NCBI RefSeq assembly: GCF_006345805.1
Contig: NC_043019.1
Span: 3,534,001 to 3,598,000 of the forward strand
Origin: Octopus sinensis
Taxonomy: Eukaryota
Direction of reading: 5' to 3'
DNA length: 64,000 nucleotides
Of this stretch, positions 12,701 to 25,021 are shown one piece after another. The notes beneath the pieces are model-generated. The model ran no database searches, had not been told where the DNA came from, and worked only from the letters and a program-made list of their open reading frames with translations. The translations under genes and the position numbers were made by a program. Within the stretch, counting starts at the first letter, position 1; the number at the start of each line of letters is the position of its first letter.

Positions 12701-13495
12701 AAAAAAAAAACATATATATATATATATATATATAACTTATAAATAAGGGCAAACGAAAAAATTTCTAATGCCAAATATGCTGAAAATTGGACATATTGTC
12801 CATTTACCACATAATTTTTTTCCCAGTACGCACGCTACCCGAAAAAAAGGTCGACAGAAATCTCTAAAAAAATTCCATTATTACCATATCGGACCGATTT
12901 CAGGGTTAGTTCAAAAAGAACCCTCCCTTCGTCAGTGATACATGTGGCAAAGAAGTAAATGAGATACTTACTCATACCCATGGGAGAATGTATGTATGTA
13001 TGTATGTGTTGTGTGTGTATGTTTGTCCCCCACCACTCCAAAATTGCTTGACAACCAATGCTGGTGTGTTTATGTCCTTGTATCTTAGCAGTTTGGCAAA
13101 AGAGACTGATAGAATAAATACTAGGCTTACAAAGAATATAAGTCCTGGGGTCGATTTGCTCAACTAATGGCGGTGCTCCAGTATGGCTGCAGTCACCTGA
13201 CTGAAACAAGTAAAAGAATAAAAAAAATAATATATATATATATATATATATATATCCATATATCTATCTATTTATATCATCATCATCATCATCGTCGTCG
13301 TTTAACGTCCGCTTTCCATGCTAGCATGGGTTGGACGGTTCAACTGGGGTCTGGGAAGCCAGAAGGCTGCACCAGGCCAGTCAGATCTGGCAGTGTTTCT
13401 ACAGCTGGATGCCCTTCCTAATGCCAACCACTCTGTGAGTGTAGTGGGTGCTTTTTATGTGCCACCACACAGGTGCCAGACGAGATATATCCATA

Positions 13496-13529
<34 letters not shown>

Positions 13530-13576
13530 ATATATATATATATATTCCATATATTTATTTATATAAATATATATAT

Positions 13577-13636
<60 letters not shown>

Positions 13637-14728
13637 TATATGTATATATATATATAATATATATCCATATATCTATCTATTTATATATGTGTATGTGTGT
13701 GTGTGTGTGTGTGTGTTAGAAATGTTTTAAACAGAAATTTTGACAATCAATGGATTGGCAGATAAGGTCCTGTGTCTTAGCTTCCGAGGTTCCCAGACTT
13801 AACTCCCATTGACTTTTTTTCTATCTTTTATCTCATACTTCTTTAAGTCATTTGACTACATTCATGCTGGGGCACTGCATTGAAGAGGTTTAGACAAACA
13901 AACTGACCCCAGGACTTTTATTTTTTCTTTGAGCTTAGTACTTATTCTATCGGCTTGTTTTGCCAAACCACTCAGTTACAGGGATGTAAACACACCAACA
14001 CGGTTGCCAAGTGATGGTGGGGGACAAACACAGACACAAAGACAAAGACAGATATAGATATATATATATATATATACATGGCAGGCTTCTTTCAGTTTCC
14101 ATCTATCAAATCCAATCATGAGGCTTTGGTTAACCTGAAGCTATAGTAAAAGACACTAGCCCAAGGCACCACACTGTAGGACTGAACCTGAAACCATGTG
14201 GTTGAGAAGCAAGCTTCTTACCACACAGCCATGCCTGCGCCTGGGGGCATCTAAAGTCCAATGTTTATACAATTCATCCAAGAACTGTTGAAGAATTAAA
14301 AGAAAGCATAAGAATTTAATGTGGAGAAGCTGAGTCTGAAGTCTTGAATATTGTACAAAATTCTCTTTGGTTTCATTTTTGGAAACCTAATGAATGTGAG
14401 AGAAATCAGTTGGAATAATTAATCTAACCATTTTTTTTTTTTTCATTGTGAGTTAATCATTTTGTGATAACGAACGTTAGGAAAATAAAACAAAAGAGTA
14501 TTGTATCTCTTATACAAATGATTTTTCATGTGATTAGGATGGTGTGTGACTTTAGCACCACCCTGTACACACACAAACACACACACATCACACATATATA
14601 TATATATACAGAGAGAGAGAGAGACAAAGAGAGAGGTAAATAATAATAATAATTAAATTATTGTATACAGTGCTCAGGTGAACCACAACTTGTCAAAAAA
14701 AGAGAAAGCAAGCAGACCAGCCACTGGA

Positions 14729-14801
14729 TGCCAAAACCTGGGACTGAACCAGGGACCTTTAGATCTTCAGTCTAACGCTCTCCCAACTGAGTTATTTCGG
14801 C
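14729..14801 (-). pseudogene. tRNA-Phe: tRNA-Phe(GAA) retrocopy/pseudogene
   Basis: 73 nt, GCCGAAATAACTCAGTTGGGAGAGCGTTAGACTGAAGATCTAAAGGTCCCTGGTTCAGTCCCAGGTTTTGGCA. Cloverleaf with GAA anticodon; G10>A breaks the D-stem and the T-loop/B-box is altered (TTCAGT). Fused to a CR1 3' tail. Confidence 0.85.
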
Positions 14802-14819
14802 TGGTAGAGGTAGATGGAA

Positions 14820-14945
14820 GGATAGCTAAATAGATAGATAGATAAACAGAGAAACATACAGATGACAGATAGATAGGCAGATAGATGGATGGATGGATGG
14901 ATGGATGGATGGATAGAAAGATAGGATAGATAGGCAGATAGGATG

Positions 14946-14995
<50 letters not shown>

Positions 14996-15003
14996 GGATA
15001 GAC

Positions 15004-15049
<46 letters not shown>

Positions 15050-15051
15050 GC

Positions 15052-15086
<35 letters not shown>

Positions 15087-15180
15087 CAGACAGATAGATA
15101 GATAGATAGACAGACAGAGAGACAGACATACAGACAGCTACACAGATAAATAGATAGGTATATAGATAGATACATATATA
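14820..15180. repeat. (GATA)n/(GGAT)n microsatellite
   Basis: Direct inspection; source of the YLSI-repeat ORFs. Confidence 0.95.
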
Positions 15181-16720
15181 CATAGATGGAAAAATCGATA
15201 TGTGTGCATGTAAGTGTGTGTAGGTGTATGTGTGTGTGTACAGATGTATATTATATGTGCATGCATATATGTGTGTCTGTAGAGAGAAAGAGAGAGAGAG
15301 AGAGAGAAAGAGAAGTAAAGTTAGAAATACTTAAGTAAAAGTTATGAGTTAGCTTACATGTTAAAGATTTGTGAAGATCAAAGCTGTTACAAGTTATGAG
15401 GACAGGTTCACTTTCTTTCCCTGTTTCTCTCGCTCTCTGTATATACACATATATATACCCATGTGTGTGTGTGTGTGTGTGTGAGCCTTGTAGAATTCAT
15501 ATGAGGCTATGGGATTGGGTGATGATGTTTGGAAAAGTTGGCAGAATTCTCAATAACAGTATTAACGGCAGTGATGATGATGATGGTGGTGGTGGTGGTG
15601 GTGGTGGTGGTGGTGGTTGCGGTTGTGGCCTCGCTAGTGGCAGCAATGCAAAAGTACTATAGCGGTATTGTTGTAAGCAGGCTACAATCAGTAAGGACAA
15701 AACCGGAAACAATTAGAAGAAAGTAGCTTTAAATAGGCATTGGAATTGTCCAGTGATAAGAGTGTATATATATGTGTTATATATATATATGTGTGTGTGC
15801 ATGCGTGTGTGTGTGTATGACGTGGCTATGAGGTAAGACGTTGGTTTTCCAGCCATATGGTTTCAGTTTCACAGCTTGGCACCTTGACGCCAGTGGTTTA
15901 ATTTATAGCCCTGAGTCGACCAAAGCCATGTGAGTGGATTTGATACAGGGAAACTGAAAGAAGCCCGTCGTATATATGTATATATATATATATATATATG
16001 TATATATGTGTATGTATATATATATATATATATATATATTTGTATGTGTATGTGTGTGTGTGTGTTTGTGTGTCTGTGTTTGTCCCCCCAGCATCGCTTG
16101 ACAACCGATGCTGGTATGTTTACGTCCCCGTAACTTAGCTGTTCGGCAACTGAGATCGATAGAATAAGTACTAGGCTTACAAAGAATAAGTCCTGGGGTC
16201 GATTTGCTGACTAAAGGCAGTGCTCCAGCATGGCCACAGTCAAAATGACTGAAACAAATATAAAGAGTATATACATATATATATTATATATTCACACACA
16301 TGCATATACATATATATATATATATATACATATCATTCCTCTCAACTCTATGCGGCTTCCACTCCAATATATTTGACCTCATCCTTCCCTTTCTTACTTC
16401 TTGACCTTTTTATTTTTTCAAATGTTTGTTTCTTTATTCTGACCTTCTGGCTTTTTTTCAACTCATTTCAACTCACATCTGTGGTGAAGTAACTTGGAAA
16501 TTCCAAGTGACGACGTAACCTTTATTTAATTAAAGAAAACTTGGCCTGATCGTTAATTAATTTGAGCACCGCTCATAGAGTGACTATTATATTAGAGGAC
16601 CCGCTGGTTAAGAGACATACGTAGCCTGCATTTTAACCCATTCCACTCCCTCAATTTGGAATTTTATTAATATTTGTAGCAACCTTAATTGCTAACTTAA
16701 AGCTATATATAAAATATAGT

Positions 16721-17416
16721 GTCCCCAAAGTCCATCCCCTCCTCACCATGGTGGGGACACTGGCTATGGGTAGTGTCAGAGCTATGCCATCGGGAATTTT
16801 GTTTCCTGGTAGGGCCACCGAAGGTGGATTGGTCTGACACCGAGTGGTATTAGGGCCACAACCTGGCAGACGGGGCTCTGGTGAAAATCCTCGGAGTATC
16901 TGTTTGCATTCCCAAAGTCCATCCCCTCTTCATTTGGTGGGGACACTGGCAATGGGTAGTGTCAGAGCTATGCCGTCGGGAATTTCGGTTCCTGGTAGGG
17001 CCACCCAAGGTGGATTGGTCTGACACCAAGTGGTATTAGGGCCACAACCTGGCAGACGGAGCTCTGGTGAAAATCCTCGGAGTGTCTGTTTCGGCAACCG
17101 GTGGCTCCTCGGTCGTTCTGTCCCTGCGTCTTCGGACAATCTATGGCAAACAGGATGTCTCTACATGCCGGATTGTTGAGGACCGCTTGTGAAATCCACA
17201 TATTCTCACAAAACTTCTTCCATGAATTCTCAATGACGAATACAATGGCAACATCGGCCTGTGCCGATGGAACCGTGACTGGCTCGCTATCTCCAGTGAA
17301 CTGGAGCAGAACCGTCGTGCGTGGGCTGCCATGGTTCGAGATGCCTCGAGGGTGGTAGAAGAAGCTGACTCAACCCACCCAGGGTGAATGTCGCCACAAG
17401 TACAAGTAAGTAAGTC
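16721..17416 (+). mobile_element. RTE-related insertion: tandem ~190-bp 5' unit plus RTE 3' end
   Basis: Units at about 16721-16908 and 16909-17095. C-terminus ...RDWLAISSELEQNRRAWAAMVRDASRVVEEADSTHPG*, (TAAG)n tail, flanked by a ~34-bp direct repeat. Confidence 0.75.
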
Positions 17417-17437
17417 CAACCTTAGTTGCTAACTTAA

Positions 17438-17657
17438 CCCTTTAGCATTTAAACCGGCCATATCCGGCCCAAATTTTCTCCTTCTTTTCTGTTCAAACCA
17501 TCTAGATCTGGCCTCTCACTCATATCCTACAATGACATCCTCAAAATAAACCATCACATCATCAAATTCTCAGAGCTACAAGATAATGCAGGATTAATTC
17601 AAAACAATGTGAATGAAAAAGCATTATATTTGACAGAGTAATCTGAACGCTAAAGGT
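17438..17657. mobile_element. piggyBac-like MITE
   Basis: TTAA TSD (17434-17437, 17658-17661), termini CCCTTTAGC/GCTAAAGG. Confidence 0.75.
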
Positions 17658-17945
17658 TTAAAGCTATACATAAACTATCAGCTTATCAAATTTCCTTCTA
17701 ACTTCAATATGGAAAAAAAAATGTGTAACCTTCAACGCCAATAAACTGTTATTGTTTCTGAGTGTACATTGTCTGCCTTTTGTTCTTTATAACTGCCGAA
17801 TATAATATCTAAGAATCCCTGAGTCAAACAAAATATGCACTCGTATATTCATCAATAGAGTGAGTGTATTTATTGAAGTGTACAGTATTATATAAGATTG
17901 ACTGTAACAGGTATATAATGCTATACACTTCGACTGATGTATATA

Positions 17946-18730
17946 TCAGGCTGAGTAAAAATTAAGCAATGTTTTGAAACATGAAATTCATCACAATATA
18001 TTTCAACAATGCGGAAATTTTATTCATCAAAGTAAGTACCATTACAATCAACATATTTTTGCTAATGAGTTACAAGTTTGTTTATTCTGGTAACATACAA
18101 ATCTGGAGTTCTGGAGCTGATGAACCGTTTTAACGCACTTTCAGCATCAGTTTGATTTTTGAACTCCTTCTCTCGCAAAAACCATCAACGTGTTTGAAAA
18201 AGTGGTAGTCGGTAGAAGAAAGGTCTGGGGAATAAGCTGGGTGGGGAAGAACTTCATAGCCAATTTCCCTCAACTTCAGGAGCATCATTAGTGAAATATG
18301 GGGTCAAGCGTTGTCATAAAGAATGATTGGCCCTCTTCTGTTGACCAGTCTGAGATGGAGAAGTAGTAGTTTTTTGGTTCAGTTTGGTAATTTCATGGTA
18401 ACATGTTTCTGCAGTAATGGGTTTTCCAGGTCTTAAGAAGTGGATGAGTCCAGCAGTACACCACCAATCAGTCACCATAACCTTTTCAAAGAGCTAGGGT
18501 TTAGGGAAGGCATTTTGTGCTTCATTTTGGTCCAACTACTGTGAAGAACGTTTTTTATTATTGTACAAAATCCACTTTTCATTGCAAGTTACAATATGGT
18601 CAAATGGCAAGAGATCTTTTCAATATACTGATAGTTGAGAGGATGAGCACACAGCAGTAAAAAACAAACTGAAGTCACATGCAAAGAACATCAGTTTATG
18701 AGTGCAGCAGTTTGCAGTGAGAAATAACTC
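17946..18730 (-). mobile_element. Decayed, internally deleted mariner transposon
   Basis: Minus strand gives IVTCNEKWILYNNKKRS, HDNA*PHI, LPHPAYSPDLSSTDYHFF, QKYVDCNGTYFDE*; many stops and frameshifts. Confidence 0.85.
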
Positions 18731-18953
18731 GGGGCCCTGATGACATGTGCAAGCTAACATGAAGAGCAGATGTAAAATGTAAAATGATATTCACATACAT
18801 ACATCATCATCGTCATCATCATCATCATCATTTAACGTTCACTTTCCATGCTAGCATAGGTTGGACGATTTGACTGAGGACTGGCGAACCAGATGGCTGC
18901 ACCAATCTGATCTGGCAGAGTTTCTACAGCTGGATGCCCTTCCTAACGCCAAC

Positions 18954-18991
<38 letters not shown>

Positions 18992-19155
18992 CATATACAC
19001 ACACATATATATATGTACATACACACACATGTATATATATGTACACATACACATCCATATATGTACACACACACACACACACACACATGTATATATACTT
19101 ATATATATATGTACACACACATACATGTATATATATATGTATGCATATATATATA

Positions 19156-19207
<52 letters not shown>

Positions 19208-19947
19208 GAAATGAGGTACTCAGAAAATCGGATGGTTTATATTTACAGATATTTATTTGTATATTACATTTTTTATACATCATATAACTTAGATCATGTA
19301 TTAGTGCTTTCTCCCATTCTAGTGGGGTTTTCAAATCAAACTAAGTTCCCGTGTGAGGAGTTTTGACCATTTGACCATATATATATATGTATGTATGTAT
19401 ATATATATTATATATATATGCATACACATATATATGAATTGATTATTAGCAACAGAAGGTATACACATGTATACACACACATATATTTACATTCACACAT
19501 ACACACCTATGTACAGGTGTGTGTGTGTTGTGTGTGTGCGCGCGCGTGCATATGTGTGTGTCATTGTGTCCTGTTCAGAATTCTATTGTCTGTCATGCTG
19601 AATAAGACAGGAAGTAAAGTGAGTTCGTCATAGCTTGATTACCTCATTTCCATTCAGTATCTGTATCGTTTGGCCAGCAGAAATCGGAAAGTGGTAGAAC
19701 TTAGGAATGACGGTGGTGGTAGTGGTGGTGGTGGTGGTTGGGAAATCAGCTGGTGGCTCTGAGTCAACAAAGAACCAATTCCCAATAATTGGTTCCACAC
19801 CACATTCTGACCCAACAATATCACTCACTAAGGAATCTTATATAATAGACACTGCTTTCTTCTGATTGTTTGTGTAAATAACATTTCAATAACTTCTACT
19901 GAATTTTTTGGCATATCTGTCTGTCTGTCTGTCTATATATATATATA

Positions 19948-20075
19948 TTTATTATATAGAAGGAGCTTCTACAGGACTAGAACTGTTCATTCAAGAGAAA
20001 TCTTCAGGAGGCTTCCTGAAGATTCTCTTGAATGAAACAGTTCTAGTCCTGTAGAAGCTCCTTCTATATAATAAA
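19948..20075. repeat. 128-bp near-perfect palindrome
   Basis: Arms are reverse complements around the centre GGA(G)GCTTCC; left flank is (TA)n. Confidence 0.95.
20010..20059 (+). ncRNA. Type I hammerhead ribozyme motif (right arm of 128-bp palindrome)
   Basis: Stem I gcttc/gaagc, core CUGAAGA, stem II TTC-tctt-GAA, GAAA, stem III ACAG/CTGT, cleavage triplet GUA. Stem II is one nt shorter than in the 51.8-kb copy. Confidence 0.7.
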
Positions 20076-20142
20076 TTAATTTTACTCTACTATGTATTGA
20101 GTACCTTATTTACTGTGGTTAACCCCGAATCAACCCGGGACC

Positions 20143-20183
<41 letters not shown>

Positions 20184-20273
20184 TGCACACATATCTATAT
20201 ATATACTTGCATATATATATACATATACACACACATATATATCTATATGTATATGTATATATATATATATGTG

Positions 20274-20304
<31 letters not shown>

Positions 20305-20326
20305 CACATGTATATATGTATATATG

Positions 20327-20364
<38 letters not shown>

Positions 20365-20543
20365 TATATGTACATATGTAATATATATATATATATGCAT
20401 ATATATATATATACATATGTATACATATGTATACACACACATATATATACATAAGTACACATATATAGACATACACACACACATATACAAACATACATAC
20501 ATACATACATGTATATATATATATATATACATACATACAGAGA

Positions 20544-20586
<43 letters not shown>

Positions 20587-22413
20587 TCAGTTTCTTGCTT
20601 GTTGACTCAAAAGAAAAGGAAATCAAGATTATGAGGAAGAACTTTGGAGGTGATTGACACGTGCTTCATGACAAAAAAAGATAAAAGAAAAAATGATAAA
20701 AAAGCTGTTTTTTTTATCATCTTCCCTATCTTATGACCAGCTCTTTTCTATTGTCTCCCAAACTTTATTTCCTAATCTAATTCATTCTTCTTTCTCCCTC
20801 AACATCCTCCTAATGGTTTTTATAACCAAATTGACCCCTTTAATATATCTTATTGTATGTCTACTTATCTATGTACCTCTTTTTTCTTAATTGCCTGTAT
20901 ATCTTAAGGCGGCGAGCTGGCAGAAACGTTAGCAAGCCGGGCGAAATGCTTAGTAGTATTTCGTCTGTCTTTACAATCAGAGTTCAACTTTGCCTTTCAT
21001 CCTTTCAGGGTCGATAAATTGAGTACCAGTTGCATACTTGGGGATCAAACTAATTGATAGCCATCCCACAAAAAAATTTTGGGCCTTGTGCCTAGAGTAG
21101 AAACGAAAAGAATTACATGTATATTCTTGCGAAATCATTAAAAAAGCTTCTCCCAACATTTGGCCCAAATCAGCCCAGATGGAGGTAAAGAGGGGAAGAG
21201 GGAGGGGTGGGGGCGTTTAATTTGATCTCATGCATTCTTTCATTTTTTTTATTTGTTTCAGTCATTTGACTGCGGCCATGCTGGAGCACTGCCTTTAGTT
21301 GAGCAAATCGACCCCAGGACTTATTCTTTGTGAGCCTAGTACTTATTCTATCAGTTGCTTTTGCTACACTGTTAAGTTACGGGGACACAAACACACCAGC
21401 ATCGGTTGTCAAGCGATGTTGGGGGGGGGGGACAAACACAGACACACACGACGTGTTTCTTTCAGTTTCCGCCTACCAAATCCATTCACAAAGGTTTGGT
21501 CGGCCCAAGGCTATAGTTGAAGACACTTGTCCAAGGTGTCGTGTCACGCAGTGGGACTGAACCCAGAACCATGTGGTTGGTAAGCAAGCTACTTACCACA
21601 CAGCCACATGTTTTATGCTTTTATCTATTTATGAAATCTTTATTAGTATTTTAGTTTTTGACTGTAAATGTATCTTGTATCTCAGTTTCTTGTGAGAAGT
21701 GGTAGAATGCAACGACTACCTAGATATACATTGTTACAAAGCTAAGCGACATGGTGAGGAGAAATAGCAAGGTACTTGTCAGGAGGTAGTAGATGACGGA
21801 TGTGATGTACCAAAGGCGGCGAGCTGGCAGAATCGTTAGCACGCCGGGCGAAATGCTTAGTGGTATTTCGTCTGCCGTTACGTTCTGGGTTCAAATTCCG
21901 CCAAGGTCGACTTTGCCTTTCATCCTTTCTGGGTCGATTACATAAGTACCAGTTACACACTGGGGTCGATATAATTGACTTAATCTGTTTGTCTTTCCTT
22001 GTTTATCCCCTCTGTGTGTAGCCCTTTGTGGGTAGTAAAGAAATAGGTATTTCGTCTGCCGTTACGTTCTGGGTTCAAATTCCGCCAAGGTCGACTTTGC
22101 CTTTCATCCTTTTGGGGTCGATTAAATAAGTACCAGTTACACACTGCGGTCGATATAATTGACTTAATCCGTTTGTCTGTCCTTATTTGTCCTCTCTGTG
22201 TTTAGCCCCTTGTGGGTAGTAAAGAAATAGGTATTTCATCTGCCGTTACGTTCTGAGTTCAAATTCCGCCAAGGTCGACTTTGCCTTTCATCCTTTCGGG
22301 GTCGATTAAATAAGTACCAGTTACACACTGGGGTCAATATAATCGACTTAATCCGTTTGTCTGTCCTTGTTTATCCTCTCTGTGTTTAGCCCCTTGTGGG
22401 TAGTAAAGAAATA

Positions 22414-22565
22414 GGATGCGATGTACTTGTTCACCACCTCCGCCCAACCTTTTAGGGACAGCATCCTGTCGGCCCATTGCCGGGCGAGAGTGACCAACCT
22501 ACTTGTTATCCCATTCCAGTTCTTCTCTGTTTGGAGGTCCAGACTAAACAAGACCCCTAGCAACT
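22414..22565 (-). mobile_element. L1/Tx1-clade LINE fragment
   Basis: LGVLFSLDLQTEKNWNGITSRLVTLARQWADRMLSLKGWAEVVNKYIAS resembles the post-RT LGV...W..R.LSLKG motif of Tx1/L1 ORF2. Confidence 0.6.
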
Positions 22566-22768
22566 CATATGTATGTGTGTGTGTGTGTGTGTGTATACCA
22601 TGCATGGTGGGCTGGCTGGCTTCACCGGAAGTTTTGTTTACCAAATTCGTAAGGCACTAGTCAATCCGGCGCTATGATAGAAGGCGCACAGCAAAGGAGC
22701 TGCGATATGGTACCAAACGAGAAACACCACTTGCGGAGGAAGATAACACATCTTAACCACACAGCTTT

Positions 22769-22866
22769 ATGAGAGAGAGAGAGAGAGGGGGGGGAGGGAG
22801 AGAGAGAGAGACAGACAGAGAGAAAATAGGGAAGAAGAGGCAAAACAAGAAACAAGGAGGAAGAAA

Positions 22867-22899
<33 letters not shown>

Positions 22900-23105
22900 C
22901 AGCAGCAGCAGCAGCAGGAGAAGAAGATGAAGAAGAAGAAGAAGAAAAAGATGAAGGAGAAGGAAAAAAGAAGGAAAAGAAGAAAAAGAAGAAAAAGAAG
23001 GAGAAGGAAAAAAAGGAAAAGGAGAAGAAAAAGATGAAGGAGAAGGAAAAGAAGAAAGAGAAGGAAAAGAAGAAAAAGAAGGAAAAGAAGAAGGAGAAGA
23101 AGAGT
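22769..23105. repeat. Polypurine tract (GA, AGT, AGC, GAA repeats)
   Basis: Direct inspection; source of poly-F/poly-S ORFs. Confidence 0.9.
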
Positions 23106-23129
23106 AGCGATGACCATACGTAATAGAGC

Positions 23130-23335
23130 CGTGTAGTTACGTAGTATTTTCTCAATTGCTGTGACGTGTTGAGTGACGTCAGTGGAACCGGATAGATTGG
23201 AGGGGGGGATTTTAGCGTTAACACATAGGACAGAAAAAAAAAGAGATTAACAAACAAAAATGGAAATAAGAAATGATTCATTAAACGCCAGTCGTACACC
23301 AGATCCGAGACAGATGACCTTTGTACGGTCAATAG
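23130..23335. promoter_or_regulatory. Candidate regulatory cluster (CRE/ATF and nuclear-receptor half-sites), possibly the MCT promoter
   Basis: TGACGTG at 23162, perfect TGACGTCA at 23174-23181, TGACCT-N5-CGGTCA from 23315, in unique CpG-containing sequence next to a long GA-rich tract. Link to the MCT gene is inference. Confidence 0.35.
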
Positions 23336-23979
23336 GTACTGAACGACTTTATGAAATTCGTATTTCAGCTTTTATCAAGATAAGAAATTTCCAGTGACAA
23401 GAAAATGCCGTTTTAAATATGCCCACGCACATACACGTTTATATATATGGCATGCGTATGCGATTGCGAATAATCATACAATGTATTATACATATATTAA
23501 ATGTATATCGTATATATATATCGTATATGTATATCGTATATAGGCGCAGGAGTCGCTGTGTGGTAAGTAGCTTGCTAACCAACACATGGTTCCGGGTCAG
23601 TCCCACTGCGTGGCATCTTGGGCAAGTGTCTTCTGCTATAGCCCCGGGCCAACCAATGCTTGTGAGGTTGGATTTGGTAAACGGAAACTGAAAGAAGCCT
23701 GTAGGATATATGCAATATATATATATATATTATATATATATATATGGTATATGTATGGTGTTTGTTTGTGTGTGTCTGTGTTTGTCCCCCTAGCATTGCT
23801 TGACAACCGATGCTGGTGTGTTATGTCCCCGTTACTTAGCGGTTCGGCAAAAGAGACCGATAGAATAAGTACTGGGCTTACAGAAAGAATAAGTCCCGGG
23901 ATCGAGTTGCTCGATTAAAGGCGGTGCTCCAGCATGGCCGCAGTCAAATGACTGAAACAAGTAAAAGAGTAAAGAGTAC

Positions 23980-24011
<32 letters not shown>

Positions 24012-24485
24012 TTCGGAATGGTCATTTTGCCAGTTTAGCCAATAAAAACACACACACTATATATTTGGTGTTACTTTGCTTCAGTGTTAGTTATTTTTTA
24101 CATTAATCTTAATCTTATTTCGGCCAGAGTTCTTTCGTCACACTCCTGTGACCGCATCAGTGGTCCTTTGTTTTCTTCTTTCTTATATTATATATTTATG
24201 TAAGATATATGTTACACACATACGTATGTATGTATGTATGTATGTATGTATGTATATAATGTAATTCGGTAATAACGAATTTTTTAGAAATTTCTATCGG
24301 TTTGTTTCGAGACGCATAAATTATAATGGTTATTGACAATTCTTGTCTTTTTTTCGGCATATTTGGCATTAGAATTTTTCTTTTGCCCTTATTTTGTAAA
24401 TTATTTATAAATTTAACCTTAAAGGTATTTTTTGATATTCTGGCCATTGCTAAAAAATTTTCCCGAAAAAATTTCATCCTACATT

Positions 24486-24715
24486 AGTTATAAATTGAAT
24501 AGTGTTCACTTCCGGATTCTCTCACTCTGTGAAAGTTTCTAGTTCGAATCACACATGTCTCGAAATGTGCCGAAGATTTTTCCCGAAAAAAATTTTTATC
24601 CTACATAAATTTTTTTCGGAAAAATCTTCGGCACATTTCGAGACATGTGTGATTCGAACTAGAAACTTTCACAGAGTGAGAGAATCCGAAGTGAACACTA
24701 TATCAATTTATAACT
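24486..24715. repeat. 230-bp near-perfect hairpin
   Basis: About 110-bp arms with an ~11-nt loop TTATCCTACAT. Confidence 0.95.
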
Positions 24716-24956
24716 CGGGCTCCTTTTATTGAGACTGGTCACTGTTCATTTATTTTCATTCAGCATCTGGCAGTTGTCTTCAAGGTGACCTGTGTCAAGA
24801 AATATCATTTGTAGCAGACATTCTGTCGACATCGTTCACACGCGCTTGAAGTTGTAACTTGGGCAAGTGACTTCTGCTATAGCCAAGGGCCGACCAAAGC
24901 CTTGTGAGTGGATTTGGTAGACGGAAACAGAAAGAAGCCCGTCGTTTATATGTATA

Positions 24957-25021
<65 letters not shown>

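Noticed and set aside
15396-15726. Poly-Pro/Gly/Val/Thr ORFs
   Set aside because: Driven by a (GGT)n/(GAT)n tract; no splice-phase solution links it to the MCT exons.
16479-16518. Hammerhead-like remnant CTGTGGTGAA-GT(A)ACTTGGA/TCCAAGTGAC-GACGTA
   Set aside because: Strong stem II, but both core segments are too mutated to call.
16721-17095. HDV-like ribozyme in the RTE-associated 5' unit
   Set aside because: Candidate P1 helices exist, but I could not build P3/L3/P1.1 in the required order.
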